Shown here: in pieces, positions 19,709 through 28,582 of the stretch
Layout of the letters: each line of letters opens with the position of its first letter
How positions within the stretch are numbered: position 1 is the first letter of the stretch
Source of the DNA: an uncultured Bordetella sp.
Lineage (GTDB): Bacteria > Pseudomonadota > Gammaproteobacteria > Burkholderiales > SG8-41
Direction of reading: 5' to 3'
DNA: 64,000 nucleotides
Assembly (NCBI GenBank): GCA_964486865.1
Contig: CAZAOZ010000002.1
Location: 2,381 to 66,380 of the forward strand
Notes under the pieces: generated by a model
Told to the model about the DNA's origin: nothing
The model's input: the letters and a program-made list of their open reading frames with translations, nothing else
Database searches by the model: none
Program-made: the position numbers and the translations under genes

Positions 19709-19720
19709 TGATACCCATCC

Positions 19721-19879
19721 TCATGCTTCATGGCCGGCGGGATTGCGCGAAGCGCGGTCGCGCGCACGCAGGATCAGGACTTCCGCCAGCATGAAAACAA
19801 ACGTCACACCGAACGAGCCCCACACGTAGAACGCGTAGCCGCCCATCGCCCAGAACTCGGACCAACTTCCCCATTGCAT
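19721..19879 (-). CDS. ccmD: heme exporter protein CcmD
   Basis: Below the ORF track cutoff. Hand translation gives MQWGSWSEFWAMGGYAFYVWGSFGVTFVFMLAEVLILRARDRASRNPAGHEA (52 aa), the CcmD pattern. It lies between ccmC and ccmE. Confidence 0.8.
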   Translation of the reverse strand: MQWGSWSEFWAMGGYAFYVWGSFGVTFVFMLAEVLILRARDRASRNPAGHEA

Positions 19880-19883
19880 GCCG

Positions 19884-20606
19884 TTAGTCCTTCAAAGCTG
19901 CACGTGGTTCACGCTCGCGGATAATGCAGCGCACCCGCAGCAGCGCCACCGCGATGCTGTACATCCAGAATGCCAGGGCCATCAACAGCATGCCCAGCAG
20001 CATGGTGCTGGCCATCTTGGGCGCGCTCTTCAGGCTGACCGAAGCGCCCTGGTGCAGCGTGTTCCACCAGACCACGGAAAAATAGATGATCGGAATGTTC
20101 ACCACGCCGACCAGCGCGAGCACGGCACCGGCACGGTCGGCGCGACGGTCATCCTCGATCGCGGCCACCAGCGACATGAATCCGATGTAGAGAAAAAGCA
20201 ATATCAGTTCCGAGGTCAGCCGGGCATCCCACACCCACCACGTGCCCCAGGTCGGCTTGCCCCACAAGGCGCCGGTCCAGAGCGCGAGAAATGTGAACAT
20301 GGCGCCGGTGGGCGCCAGTGCGCGCGCCATCATGCCCGATAACCGGGTGTTGAACACCAGCCCCGCTCCGGCCCACCCCGCCATCACCAGATAGATGAAC
20401 ATCGACATCCACGCCGCCGGCACATGCACAAAAATGATCCGGTACGACTCGCCCTGCTGGAAATCCGTCGGCGCGACAAAAAATGCGACGTAGAGTCCGA
20501 CGACGCCAAGCAGCAGCGCCGCCGCAAAAAACCACGGGAACAGCCGCCCGGCCAGCGGATAAAAGCTGTGCGGCGACGAATATTTGAACCAGTTGATTGC
20601 TGACAA
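19884..20606 (-). CDS. ccmC: heme exporter protein CcmC
   Basis: ORF 19884..20606. The only available start is TTG at 20606. WGTWWVWDARLTSE tryptophan-rich motif. Confidence 0.9.
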   Translation of the reverse strand: MSAINWFKYSSPHSFYPLAGRLFPWFFAAALLLGVVGLYVAFFVAPTDFQQGESYRIIFVHVPAAWMSMFIYLVMAGWAGAGLVFNTRLSGMMARALAPTGAMFTFLALWTGALWGKPTWGTWWVWDARLTSELILLFLYIGFMSLVAAIEDDRRADRAGAVLALVGVVNIPIIYFSVVWWNTLHQGASVSLKSAPKMASTMLLGMLLMALAFWMYSIAVALLRVRCIIREREPRAALKD

Positions 20607-20656
20607 GGCTGGGCTCTGAATTGTCTAAGTATGGACTGCTGTGCTGCCGGCTTGAT

Positions 20657-20670
20657 TTGATGCATATCAA
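20657..20670. promoter_or_regulatory. perfect FNR/CRP-family box TTGATGCATATCAA in the ccmB-ccmC gap
   Basis: Read directly as TTGAT-N4-ATCAA. A CATACT -10-like hexamer (20633-20628, minus strand) starts about 30 nt from the box centre, which fits a class II (-41.5) layout. The ccmC start is at 20606. Confidence 0.5.
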
Positions 20671-20760
20671 GCGGAAGCGTTCGCGACCCCGGACGCGGCG
20701 CCTTATTAAGGCATTGACTGTAGCATCGCCGCCGGGATCAGGGCAAGCCAAATTATCCTT

Positions 20761-21426
20761 TTATTCCAATGAGATACGCAATGCCACCGCCGCAACCCAG
20801 GGGGCCAGCGCGGCACTCGCCAGCAACAATGCCCCCAGGATCGAAAAATGGGGAACGACGGTCAATCCTGCCGCGTGAGCCCCGCTGGCTGCGGCGCCAA
20901 AAATCAACGCGGGGATATATAGCGGCAGCACCAGCAGCCCGAGCAGCACGTTACCGGCGCGCAGTCCCACAGTCAGCGCCGCACCGATCGCGCCAACGAG
21001 GCTCAGCACCGGCGTGCCGAGAAACAGCGCCGCCGTCAGCACCCCGATCTCGTCCGCAGCAAGCCCGAACTGCAGCGCGAGCAATGGCGCCAGCAGCACC
21101 AGCGGCAGCCCCGAGCTCAGCCAGTGCGCCGTGACCTTGGCAGTGACCAGCAGCCATAACGGTTCTGCGGTGATCAGCATTTGTTCCAGCGTGCCGTCGA
21201 GGTGGTCGGCGGCAAACAGGCGGCTGAGCGACAACAATGTCGCGAGCAGCGCTGCGACCCACAGTACGCCGCTGGCCAGCATGCGCAGGGTCTCGGCTTC
21301 CGGTCCGACGCCGAGTGGAAACAGACTGACGACGATCACGAAAAAAAACAGCGTCGACAGCAGATCCGAACGGCGTCGCCAACCGATGCGCAAATCGCGC
21401 TGAACCATCCTCAGCCATACTTGCAT
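20761..21426 (-). CDS. ccmB: heme exporter permease CcmB
   Basis: ORF 20761..21426. A 221-aa polytopic membrane protein located between ccmA and ccmC. Confidence 0.88.
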   Translation of the reverse strand: MQVWLRMVQRDLRIGWRRRSDLLSTLFFFVIVVSLFPLGVGPEAETLRMLASGVLWVAALLATLLSLSRLFAADHLDGTLEQMLITAEPLWLLVTAKVTAHWLSSGLPLVLLAPLLALQFGLAADEIGVLTAALFLGTPVLSLVGAIGAALTVGLRAGNVLLGLLVLPLYIPALIFGAAASGAHAAGLTVVPHFSILGALLLASAALAPWVAAVALRISLE

Positions 21427-21432
21427 GCGGGC

Positions 21433-22050
21433 CTACTCCACGATGGTGATCAACTGCACGGCGGCAGACACGGTAAACGGCTGATGGCTGGTCATCACCA
21501 CCGTCGCCCCCGCACCGAGGTGCCGCCCGATCAGCGCAAGCACCTGATCCGTGGCGGCCGCATCCAGCGCCACCAGCGGCTCGTCGAGCACCCACAACGC
21601 GGCCTCGTCGGGCAACGCCAGCCGGGCCAGCGCCACGCGCCGGCGCTGCCCCTGCGACAGCATGCGTACCGGCGTACGCGCGAATGCCCCCAGTCCCAGC
21701 ATCGCCAGTGCGGCGTGGACGGCGGCGCGCGTCACCGTAATGCCTGACAGTGTCGCCGCAAATTGCAGATTCTCCTCGGCCGTGAACTCATCCTTGATGC
21801 CGGCGAGATGCCCGATATAACGCAAGCCCTGGCAATAGGTTTCGTGCTGGCGGTGGATCGCCACGCCGCGCCAGAATACCGTTCCTTCCGCAGGGGAAAG
21901 CAATCCGCACAGGATGCGCAGCAGGCTGGTCTTGCCGGTCCCGTTGGCGCCGGCGACCTGCAGCAGCTCCCCCGGCTCCACCGTGAACGAGAGACCGGAA
22001 AAAAGACGGCGGCCTCCGCGTACCGAAGTCAGTCCCTCAGCTGCAAGCAC
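21433..22050 (-). CDS. ccmA: heme ABC exporter ATP-binding protein CcmA
   Basis: ORF 21433..22050. Walker A GANGTGKTSLLR and ABC signature LSQGQRRRVALARL. Confidence 0.9.
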   Translation of the reverse strand: MLAAEGLTSVRGGRRLFSGLSFTVEPGELLQVAGANGTGKTSLLRILCGLLSPAEGTVFWRGVAIHRQHETYCQGLRYIGHLAGIKDEFTAEENLQFAATLSGITVTRAAVHAALAMLGLGAFARTPVRMLSQGQRRRVALARLALPDEAALWVLDEPLVALDAAATDQVLALIGRHLGAGATVVMTSHQPFTVSAAVQLITIVE

Positions 22051-22104
22051 GATTGCGCCCCCTGTTCGAACAGTCCGGCTGAAGCATACCGCAACCCCGT
22101 GTGA

Positions 22105-23322
22105 TCACTGCGCATGCCCCGCGCGATAATGCAGCCAGCGCGCCAGCGGCGCCAGCACGCCGAAGATGCCGATGCTGGCGAAAGCCAGGCCCCACGCCGT
22201 AATGCTCTGATTGCCGCCGGCAAGGTCGAGCGTCATGCCGAACACCAGCGGCGCAAGGAATGCGGTGCTGAAGCCGATGAAGGAATATGCCGCCATCATC
22301 GATCCGCGCATTTCCGGCGGCGTGCTGGCGACCGCGCCCGAGGTCAGCGCGGCCGAATCGCCGAGCATGGCCCCGTAATGCACCATCATCAATGCCACCA
22401 CGACATACCAGGGCCACGCCGCGGTATAGCCGATCACGCAGGCAATGGCGCCGGACAGCGTCATGAACAGGAAAATAATGCGCTGGCGGCCGAAGCGGAT
22501 CGCCATTTCATTGCCGGTGATGCTGAACACCGGGCCCAGCACATTGATGATCGCGGCCAGCGTGGCCGCGCTGATCAGCATCGGCGCATGCTCCGGCTGC
22601 AGGCTGGCGCAGAACACCAGGAACGCCACCATCCAGGTGCGCTGGCCGAACAGCTCATAGTTATGCGCGGCGTAGCCGATGACGTAGGGCAGCGTCCGGC
22701 GGTTGCGCAATACCGGCCGGAAATCGAGCAGTGCCGTGGTGTGATGTTCGCGCGCGCGCACCCGTCCCAGCGGGATCGCCAGCGTGACGATGATGCCGGC
22801 GAGCAGCGGCCCGATGGCGCCGAACCAGAACGCCCAGTGCCAGTCATGGCCTGCGGCAAGCTTGCCGGCGACCAGGATGGACACCGTCGAGCCGAGACCG
22901 AAGCTCGCGGTATAAAACGCAGTGGCGCGCGATTGCGCGTTGCCTTCGAGATGGTCGGTCAGCGCCTTCAGGCCGGGCATATAGGTGCCGCCCAGCGCCG
23001 CGCCGATCAGGAATTGCGCAAGCGCCGCGCTCCAGAACCCCTGCCCGAACAGCGCAAACATGGCGGCACCGATGCTGCCGATGATGCAGGCCATCAGGTA
23101 AATGCGGCGTGAATCGATGCGGTCGGTGAGACTGGTCAGCACCGGCACCGAAACCATGTAACCCGCAAACATGAAGCCGCTGATGGCGCCGGCTTCGGAG
23201 TTGGACAAATTCCATTCGCGCTGCAACTGCGGCAGCAGCGTGGTGTACGCGGCGAAACCGGTCATCGACAGGATTTCGGCCAGACACATGATGGCAGTTA
23301 ACCGCCGGGCCGCCTGGTTCAT
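22105..23322 (-). CDS. MFS transporter
   Basis: ORF 22105..23322. A 405-aa protein with about 12 TM segments and a typical MFS layout. Confidence 0.75.
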   Translation of the reverse strand: MNQAARRLTAIMCLAEILSMTGFAAYTTLLPQLQREWNLSNSEAGAISGFMFAGYMVSVPVLTSLTDRIDSRRIYLMACIIGSIGAAMFALFGQGFWSAALAQFLIGAALGGTYMPGLKALTDHLEGNAQSRATAFYTASFGLGSTVSILVAGKLAAGHDWHWAFWFGAIGPLLAGIIVTLAIPLGRVRAREHHTTALLDFRPVLRNRRTLPYVIGYAAHNYELFGQRTWMVAFLVFCASLQPEHAPMLISAATLAAIINVLGPVFSITGNEMAIRFGRQRIIFLFMTLSGAIACVIGYTAAWPWYVVVALMMVHYGAMLGDSAALTSGAVASTPPEMRGSMMAAYSFIGFSTAFLAPLVFGMTLDLAGGNQSITAWGLAFASIGIFGVLAPLARWLHYRAGHAQ

Positions 23323-23334
23323 TGCGCCCGCACC

Positions 23335-23946
23335 TCAGAGCGCGCCGGCATCGCGCAGCAGCCCGGCAATCGCCTCGGCCATTTTGCGATAGCCCGCGGC
23401 ATTGGGATGAATGGAATCGGACTTGAGTTCCGGCCGGTAGAGCACGCTGGTGACAATCCCGCCTTCGTACGGAATGCGAAATTCCTGCGCCAGTTTTTCG
23501 TAAAACTTGGGCGCGCTGGTAATCAGTCCCGGCGCCGGCACGCCGACCAGCACGGCATCCGCGCCGCGCGCCTTGATGATTTTCAGGATTTCGCGCAGGT
23601 TGGCTTCAATGTTCTCGGGCGGGTTCTTGCGCAGCATGTCATTGCCGCCGAGGCAGACGATCACCAGCCGCGGCCGGTGTTCATCGAGCACGCCGGGCAA
23701 CCGGCTCAGGCCGCCTGCGGTCACTTCTCCGGGCACGCCGACGCGCACCACGGTGCGGCCGGTCATCTGTTCCAGAACAGCAGGATAACTTTCCTCGACC
23801 TTTGCCCCGGTGCCATAAGTCAGGCTGTCGCCGAACGCCACGATGACGTCGGCGGCACCCAGCTTGTCCAGGCGCGGCGTCTTGCCGCCGCAACCCGCGA
23901 GGCAAACCGCCAGCAGCAGCAGCGCGGGCAACAGCCTTACGCTCAC
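23335..23946 (-). CDS. SGNH/GDSL hydrolase (arylesterase/TesA-like) lipoprotein
   Basis: ORF 23335..24120 trimmed to GTG at 23946, with a GTGA overlap on the upstream stop. Lipobox LAVCLAGC, GDSLTYG block I, GGNDML block III, and a DSIHPN-type C-terminal block. Confidence 0.8.
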   Translation of the reverse strand: MSVRLLPALLLLAVCLAGCGGKTPRLDKLGAADVIVAFGDSLTYGTGAKVEESYPAVLEQMTGRTVVRVGVPGEVTAGGLSRLPGVLDEHRPRLVIVCLGGNDMLRKNPPENIEANLREILKIIKARGADAVLVGVPAPGLITSAPKFYEKLAQEFRIPYEGGIVTSVLYRPELKSDSIHPNAAGYRKMAEAIAGLLRDAGAL

Positions 23947-25565
23947 GCGTCCTTCTCCTTCATTCTGCCGCGCTTGAAATCGCGAATGATCTCGCGCGCG
24001 GCGTTGCGGCCCGGCAATCCGGTCACGCCGCCGCCGGGATGGGCGCCGGCGCCGCACAGATACAGCCGGTTTACCGGCGTGCGGTAATCGGCATAACCCA
24101 GCACCGGCCGTGCCGTCCACAACTGATCCAGCGTCAGCGCACCGTGGAAAATATCGCCGCCGGTCAGTCCGAACTCGCGCTCGAGATCCAGCGGTGACAG
24201 GATTTTCCGGGCAATCACCGCGTCCTTGAAATTGGGGGCATGCCGCGTCACGGTATCAATCACGTGATCCGCGGCTTCTTCCCGAATATCGTCCCAGGAC
24301 AGGTTATTCGGCAATTCCGGGCTGAAATGCTGGCAGAACAGGCTCGCCACATGCCGCCCCGGCGGAGCCAGCGAATCATCGACAGTCGATGGAATCAGCA
24401 TCTCGACCACCGGTGCGCGCGAACAGCCGTAGGTGCGCGCATCGAAATAGGCCTGCTCCATGTAGGCCAGCGACGGCGCCATGATGATGCCTGATTGATG
24501 ATGTTGCGCCGCCGCGGTTCCCGGCAGGCATTTGAAATCCGGCAGTTCACGCAAGGCCACATTCATGCGAAAAGTCGCCGAGGCGCATTTCCAGCCGCGG
24601 ATGCGGCGCAGGAATTCGGAATCCAGCACGGGCGCGTCGATCAGATTCAGGTACAGCAGCCTGGGATTGACGTTGGCCGCCACGCAACGCGCCTCAATCA
24701 CCCGCCCGTCCTTCAACTGCACGCCCTGCGCGCCGCGGGCATCAATGCAGACATTGACCACCTCGACGCCGGTGTCGATATGCACGCCGCGCGCGCGCGC
24801 CTCGGCAGCCATGGCCTGCGTAATGGCCCCCATGCCGCCGACGGCGTGGCCCCAGACCCCGCGCTTGCCGTTGACCTCGCCGAACACGTGGTGCAGCAGC
24901 ACGTAGGCCGTACCCGGCGCATACGGGCTGGCAAAATTGCCGACAATGGCGTCGAAACCGAAAGCGGCCTTGATCGGCGCCGACTCGAACCAGGCATCGA
25001 GCAGATCGCCGGCGCTTTTGGTGAACAGATCCAGCACATCGCGGCGCGCCGCCATGTCGAGTTTTTTGAAGCGGCGCGCGGTTTTGACCGCCGCAAAAAA
25101 GTCACCGACGCCGCCACCGACGTTCGGCGGCGTTTCCAGCGACAACTCGCGCAACACATCGGCCACGCGCTCGAGCATCGCGTAATACCCGGGCAGCCGG
25201 GTGGCATCGGCGGCAGAAAACCGCGCGACTTCGGCCTGCGTCGCCGCCAGTGAACCGCCCACCTTGAGATACGTCTCGTCGGACAGCGGCAGGAAATTCG
25301 AGATGGGCCGCTCGACTATGCGCAGGCCGCGCTCGTGCAGGCGCAAATCGCGGATGACCTGCGGATTAAGCAGGCTGACCGTGTAGCTCGCCGTGGAATT
25401 GCGAAAACCGGGATGGAACTCTTCGGTTACGGCCGCACCGCCCACGATGGCACGGCGTTCGAGCACGCGCACCTTGAGGCCGGCCGCAGCCAGATAACAG
25501 GCGCAGGTCAGGCCGTTATGGCCGCCACCGACGATCAGGACATCGCAGGCTACGGGTGGGGGCAT
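23943..25565 (-). CDS. phytoene desaturase (CrtI)-family NAD(P)/FAD-dependent oxidoreductase
   Basis: ORF 23943..25565. N-terminal dinucleotide fold DVLIVGGGHNGLTCACYLAAAGLKVRVLERR. 540 aa, COG1233-like. Confidence 0.75.
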   Translation of the reverse strand: MPPPVACDVLIVGGGHNGLTCACYLAAAGLKVRVLERRAIVGGAAVTEEFHPGFRNSTASYTVSLLNPQVIRDLRLHERGLRIVERPISNFLPLSDETYLKVGGSLAATQAEVARFSAADATRLPGYYAMLERVADVLRELSLETPPNVGGGVGDFFAAVKTARRFKKLDMAARRDVLDLFTKSAGDLLDAWFESAPIKAAFGFDAIVGNFASPYAPGTAYVLLHHVFGEVNGKRGVWGHAVGGMGAITQAMAAEARARGVHIDTGVEVVNVCIDARGAQGVQLKDGRVIEARCVAANVNPRLLYLNLIDAPVLDSEFLRRIRGWKCASATFRMNVALRELPDFKCLPGTAAAQHHQSGIIMAPSLAYMEQAYFDARTYGCSRAPVVEMLIPSTVDDSLAPPGRHVASLFCQHFSPELPNNLSWDDIREEAADHVIDTVTRHAPNFKDAVIARKILSPLDLEREFGLTGGDIFHGALTLDQLWTARPVLGYADYRTPVNRLYLCGAGAHPGGGVTGLPGRNAAREIIRDFKRGRMKEKDA

Positions 25566-25598
25566 GGAGAGTAACCGGGCTGCGTGCAGTTACGAAAA

Positions 25599-25675
25599 TG
25601 GCGCGCCCGAGACGATTCGAACGTCCGACCCCTGCCTTCGGAGGGCAGTACTCTATCCAGCTGAGCTACGGGCGC
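25599..25675 (-). tRNA. tRNA-Arg (anticodon CCG)
   Basis: Reverse complement is GCGCCCGTAGCTCAGCTGGATAGAGTACTGCCCTCCGAAGGCAGGGGTCGGACGTTCGAATCGTCTCGGGCGCGCCA. It folds as a cloverleaf with a 7-bp acceptor stem, anticodon loop CUCCGAA and an encoded CCA. Confidence 0.9.
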
Positions 25676-25774
25676 GTTGCGGCGCAGATTCTAACATGCC
25701 CCTCCGGGCGGCAGTTTTACCGGGCGCGGCAATGCCGATATAATCCGCGCTTTCTCGCGGCATCAGGACATGGC

Positions 25775-26317
25775 ATGAGCGAAAACCACACCCCGGAACA
25801 CACTTCCCTGATCAAGACGCCGAAACAACTGGCCATCGTGGTCGTGCTGTCGTTTATCGTCCCGGTCATCGTCATCGTGACGCTGGCCCAGATTGCCGCC
25901 AGCGGCAAAAAACCGGCGGCGGCAACCGCGGCCAGCGAAGAGGCGGTCGCAAAACGCATCAAGCCGGCGGGCACCGTCGTCGTCGATCCCTCGCAAGCTG
26001 CTGCCCCGGCTGCAGTGCAGGTCGCCGTCACAGCGCCCGCAGCAGCCGTTTCAGCCGCACCGGCCGGCGGCGACTCAGCCAAAGGCAAGAGTATTTACGA
26101 TGCCAGTTGTGCCGCATGTCACGGCGCCGGTGTCGCCGGGGCTCCCAAAACCGGCGACAAGGCCGCATGGGCGCCGCGGTTGAAGTTGGGCAAAGATGCG
26201 ATGGTTGCGAGCGTCATCAAGGGCAAAGGCGCCATGCCCCCCAAAGGCGGCAATGCGTCGCTGGCGGATGCCGACATCAAGGCCGCGGTTGACTACCTGG
26301 CGGGACTCGTCAAGTAG
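25775..26317 (+). CDS. membrane-anchored c-type cytochrome (cytochrome c5 family)
   Basis: ORF 25556..26317 trimmed to ATG at 25775 (MSENHTPEH...); the longer version would read across the tRNA. It has a TM anchor, an Ala/Pro linker, a CAACHG heme motif and ...GAMPPKGG. Confidence 0.82.
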   Translation: MSENHTPEHTSLIKTPKQLAIVVVLSFIVPVIVIVTLAQIAASGKKPAAATAASEEAVAKRIKPAGTVVVDPSQAAAPAAVQVAVTAPAAAVSAAPAGGDSAKGKSIYDASCAACHGAGVAGAPKTGDKAAWAPRLKLGKDAMVASVIKGKGAMPPKGGNASLADADIKAAVDYLAGLVK

Positions 26318-26338
26318 CGCGTTGCTGAAACACAAAAA

Positions 26339-26364
26339 AGGCGCAGCGACCCTGCGCCTTTTTT
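26339..26364. terminator. rho-independent terminator (bidirectional shape) after cytochrome c5
   Basis: AGGCGCAG-cgacc-CTGCGCCT followed by TTTTTT and preceded by AAAAAA. Confidence 0.75.
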
Positions 26365-26398
26365 ATTCCCTCCAATTGGAAACAGCCGGCTGACACAC

Positions 26399-27226
26399 AT
26401 GGCGACCTACGCGATTGGCGATATCCAGGGTTGTTATGACGAGATGCAGCGGCTGCTCGACACCGTTGCGTTCGATCCGGCGCACGATTGCCTCTGGTTC
26501 GTCGGTGATCTGGTCAATCGCGGTCCGCGTTCGCTCGAGGTGCTGCGCTTCGTCAGGGGACTCGGCGAGCGGGCCATCACCGTGCTGGGCAATCACGATC
26601 TGCATTTGCTGGTGGTGGCCGCCGGCGCGCGCAAACCGCACCGGGAGGACACGCTGGATGCATTGCTCCGCGCACCGGACCGCGACGAGTTGCTGGACTG
26701 GCTGCGCCGGCAGCGGCTGATGCACGTCGATGCCGGTTACGCGATGGTACATGCGGGACTGTTGCCGCAATGGAGCATCGCGCAGGCGCAAGCGCTGGCA
26801 CGCGAGGTCGAAACCGCGCTGCAAAGCCCCGATCACGGCGAATTCCTGCACCGGATGTATGGCAACAAACCGGCGCAGTGGCACGACGATCTGGCCGGCC
26901 ATGACCGGCTGCGCATCATCATCAACGCCATGACGCGATTACGGCTGTGTACATCCGCCGGCCGCATGGAATTCACGCACAAGACCGGACTCAAAGGCGT
27001 GCCGGCGGGTTATCTGCCATGGTTTGATGTGCCGGAGCGCGCCAGCCGCGAAACGCCCGTCATTTTCGGTCACTGGGCGGCGCTGGGTCTGATGCTGCGC
27101 GCGGATGTGCTGGGACTCGATACCGGATGCGTATGGGGCCGCCGGCTGACTGCGGTGCGGCTGGAGGATCGCCGCGTGTTCCAGTGCGGCTGCGAAAACG
27201 TCAGGGCTGCAGGCGATCCGCAATAG
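26399..27226 (+). CDS. apaH: bis(5'-nucleosyl)-tetraphosphatase (symmetrical)
   Basis: ORF 26399..27226 reads MATYAIGDIQGCYDEMQRLL...FVGDLVNRGP...GNHD, the metallophosphoesterase/ApaH pattern. Confidence 0.9.
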   Translation: MATYAIGDIQGCYDEMQRLLDTVAFDPAHDCLWFVGDLVNRGPRSLEVLRFVRGLGERAITVLGNHDLHLLVVAAGARKPHREDTLDALLRAPDRDELLDWLRRQRLMHVDAGYAMVHAGLLPQWSIAQAQALAREVETALQSPDHGEFLHRMYGNKPAQWHDDLAGHDRLRIIINAMTRLRLCTSAGRMEFTHKTGLKGVPAGYLPWFDVPERASRETPVIFGHWAALGLMLRADVLGLDTGCVWGRRLTAVRLEDRRVFQCGCENVRAAGDPQ

Positions 27227-27959
27227 CCCGGTGTGCGGCCTGCGCCAGCGTGCGCCGGTGTACCTCACCCGCAGGCACAGCATCGAGAAACCAGGCGTGG
27301 GCATGGATGACCGGTTGCGCTGCGATGGACTGCAAGGTGTCCCACAACGACTTGTCGCCGTCGTAGGCCGCTTCGGTGCAGAGCGCACCATCGCTGCGTT
27401 CAAAGCGCAACGCCACCGGATGCACATCCGCGCCGGCAATCAGCGCCGGCTGCAACAGCGAACTGTGAAACTGCAGCACCCGCGAACCGTCCGTTGTCGT
27501 GCCTTCGGGGAAAACCGCACATATATCGCCGTCATGCAGCGCAGCGGACACCAGCCCGGTGATGCGCGCCGTATCCCGGCGCCGCGCCCGCTCGATGAAC
27601 AGTGTGCCGGTCTTTGCGCTCAGCCAGCCGATCACCGGCCAGGCGCGCACCTCGGATTTGGCGACAAACCGCACCGGCAGCACTGCATTGATGACCACAA
27701 TGTCCAGCCATGACACATGATTGGCGACCAGCATCACCGCGTGCCCGGGAATTCGCCGCGGCGGATCACCATGCACGTGCAGGCGTACGCCGAGGATGCG
27801 CAGCAGGTTTTTCGACCAGCGCTTGATCGCAGCACGGCGGCGCAGCGCGGAGAAAAACGGGAAGGCCAGCGCGACGGTAAACACGCCGCGCAGCAGATGC
27901 AGCAGGAAGCGCGCAATGCGCACGCTGCGTATTCCAGACAAGGCTCCCCGGCCGCTCAT
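27201..27959 (-). CDS. 1-acyl-sn-glycerol-3-phosphate acyltransferase family protein
   Basis: ORF 27201..27959. NHVSWLD (HX4D) and FPEGTTTDG acyltransferase motifs. It converges on apaH with a 26-nt overlap. Confidence 0.8.
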   Translation of the reverse strand: MSGRGALSGIRSVRIARFLLHLLRGVFTVALAFPFFSALRRRAAIKRWSKNLLRILGVRLHVHGDPPRRIPGHAVMLVANHVSWLDIVVINAVLPVRFVAKSEVRAWPVIGWLSAKTGTLFIERARRRDTARITGLVSAALHDGDICAVFPEGTTTDGSRVLQFHSSLLQPALIAGADVHPVALRFERSDGALCTEAAYDGDKSLWDTLQSIAAQPVIHAHAWFLDAVPAGEVHRRTLAQAAHRAIADRLQP

Positions 27960-28112
27960 GGCGGCGATTATAGGGGCGCACAGCAGTGGCGCAGCGCGAC
28001 AGCCGGGAAAATAACCCTCGCGCCGTGCCGGGCGGTTACGTCGCAGTCAGGGATGGGCTGAAAAAGGTTGCTGCGTAAAACGCTGTTCAGTGGCGCAGCT
28101 CAGTGCCGCAGC

Positions 28113-28568
28113 TCAGTGGGTCACGCGCGACGTGCGTCCGTCGGACAGTATCCGCACCCGGTCTCCCGGCTTGAAGGTTTCGTCAGCTTCCTGCACGATG
28201 GCCACCAGTCCGCCGCTGTTCAGCTTCACGGTAACCTCCACGCCGGTGCGGCGCGTGCCGAGTTCCTCGGCTGCCTGCCCGGCAACACCGCCGGCGACGC
28301 TGCCCAGAACCGCGGCAGCGGCAGAGCCGCGACCGCCACCCACCGTGCTGCCGGCAATGCCGCCCACCACGGCGCCGGCCGCGGGACCCACGCCGCTGCG
28401 GGTACCTTCAATCTGCACCTGACGCACGCTTTCAACGATGCCCATGCGCACGTTCTGTTCACGCCGCGCTTCATCGCGCGTATAGCTGCCGCCGCCCAGT
28501 CCCGGCGCGCAGCCCGCGAGCGCTGCCGCAAACATCAATATCGCCGCATACCCCAGTCGCTTGTCCAT
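28113..28568 (-). CDS. glycine-zipper outer membrane lipoprotein (SlyB/PCP-like)
   Basis: ORF 28113..28589 trimmed to ATG at 28568, with SD AGGAG upstream. Lipobox AALAGC and glycine zipper GPAAGAVVGGIAGSTVGGG. Confidence 0.78.
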   Translation of the reverse strand: MDKRLGYAAILMFAAALAGCAPGLGGGSYTRDEARREQNVRMGIVESVRQVQIEGTRSGVGPAAGAVVGGIAGSTVGGGRGSAAAAVLGSVAGGVAGQAAEELGTRRTGVEVTVKLNSGGLVAIVQEADETFKPGDRVRILSDGRTSRVTH

Positions 28569-28582
28569 GGAAAATCTCCTTG

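Noticed and set aside
25556-25774. N-terminal extension of the cytochrome c5 ORF, which would give a 253-aa version.
   Set aside because: The extension reads straight across the tRNA-Arg gene on the opposite strand. The internal ATG at 25775 gives a sensible start (MSENHTPEH, followed by a TM anchor).
27201-27226. The 26-nt convergent overlap of apaH and the acyltransferase gene, considered as a possible antisense regulatory feature.
   Set aside because: Short convergent 3' overlaps are common in compact high-GC genomes. There is no extra structure or motif here to support a special role.
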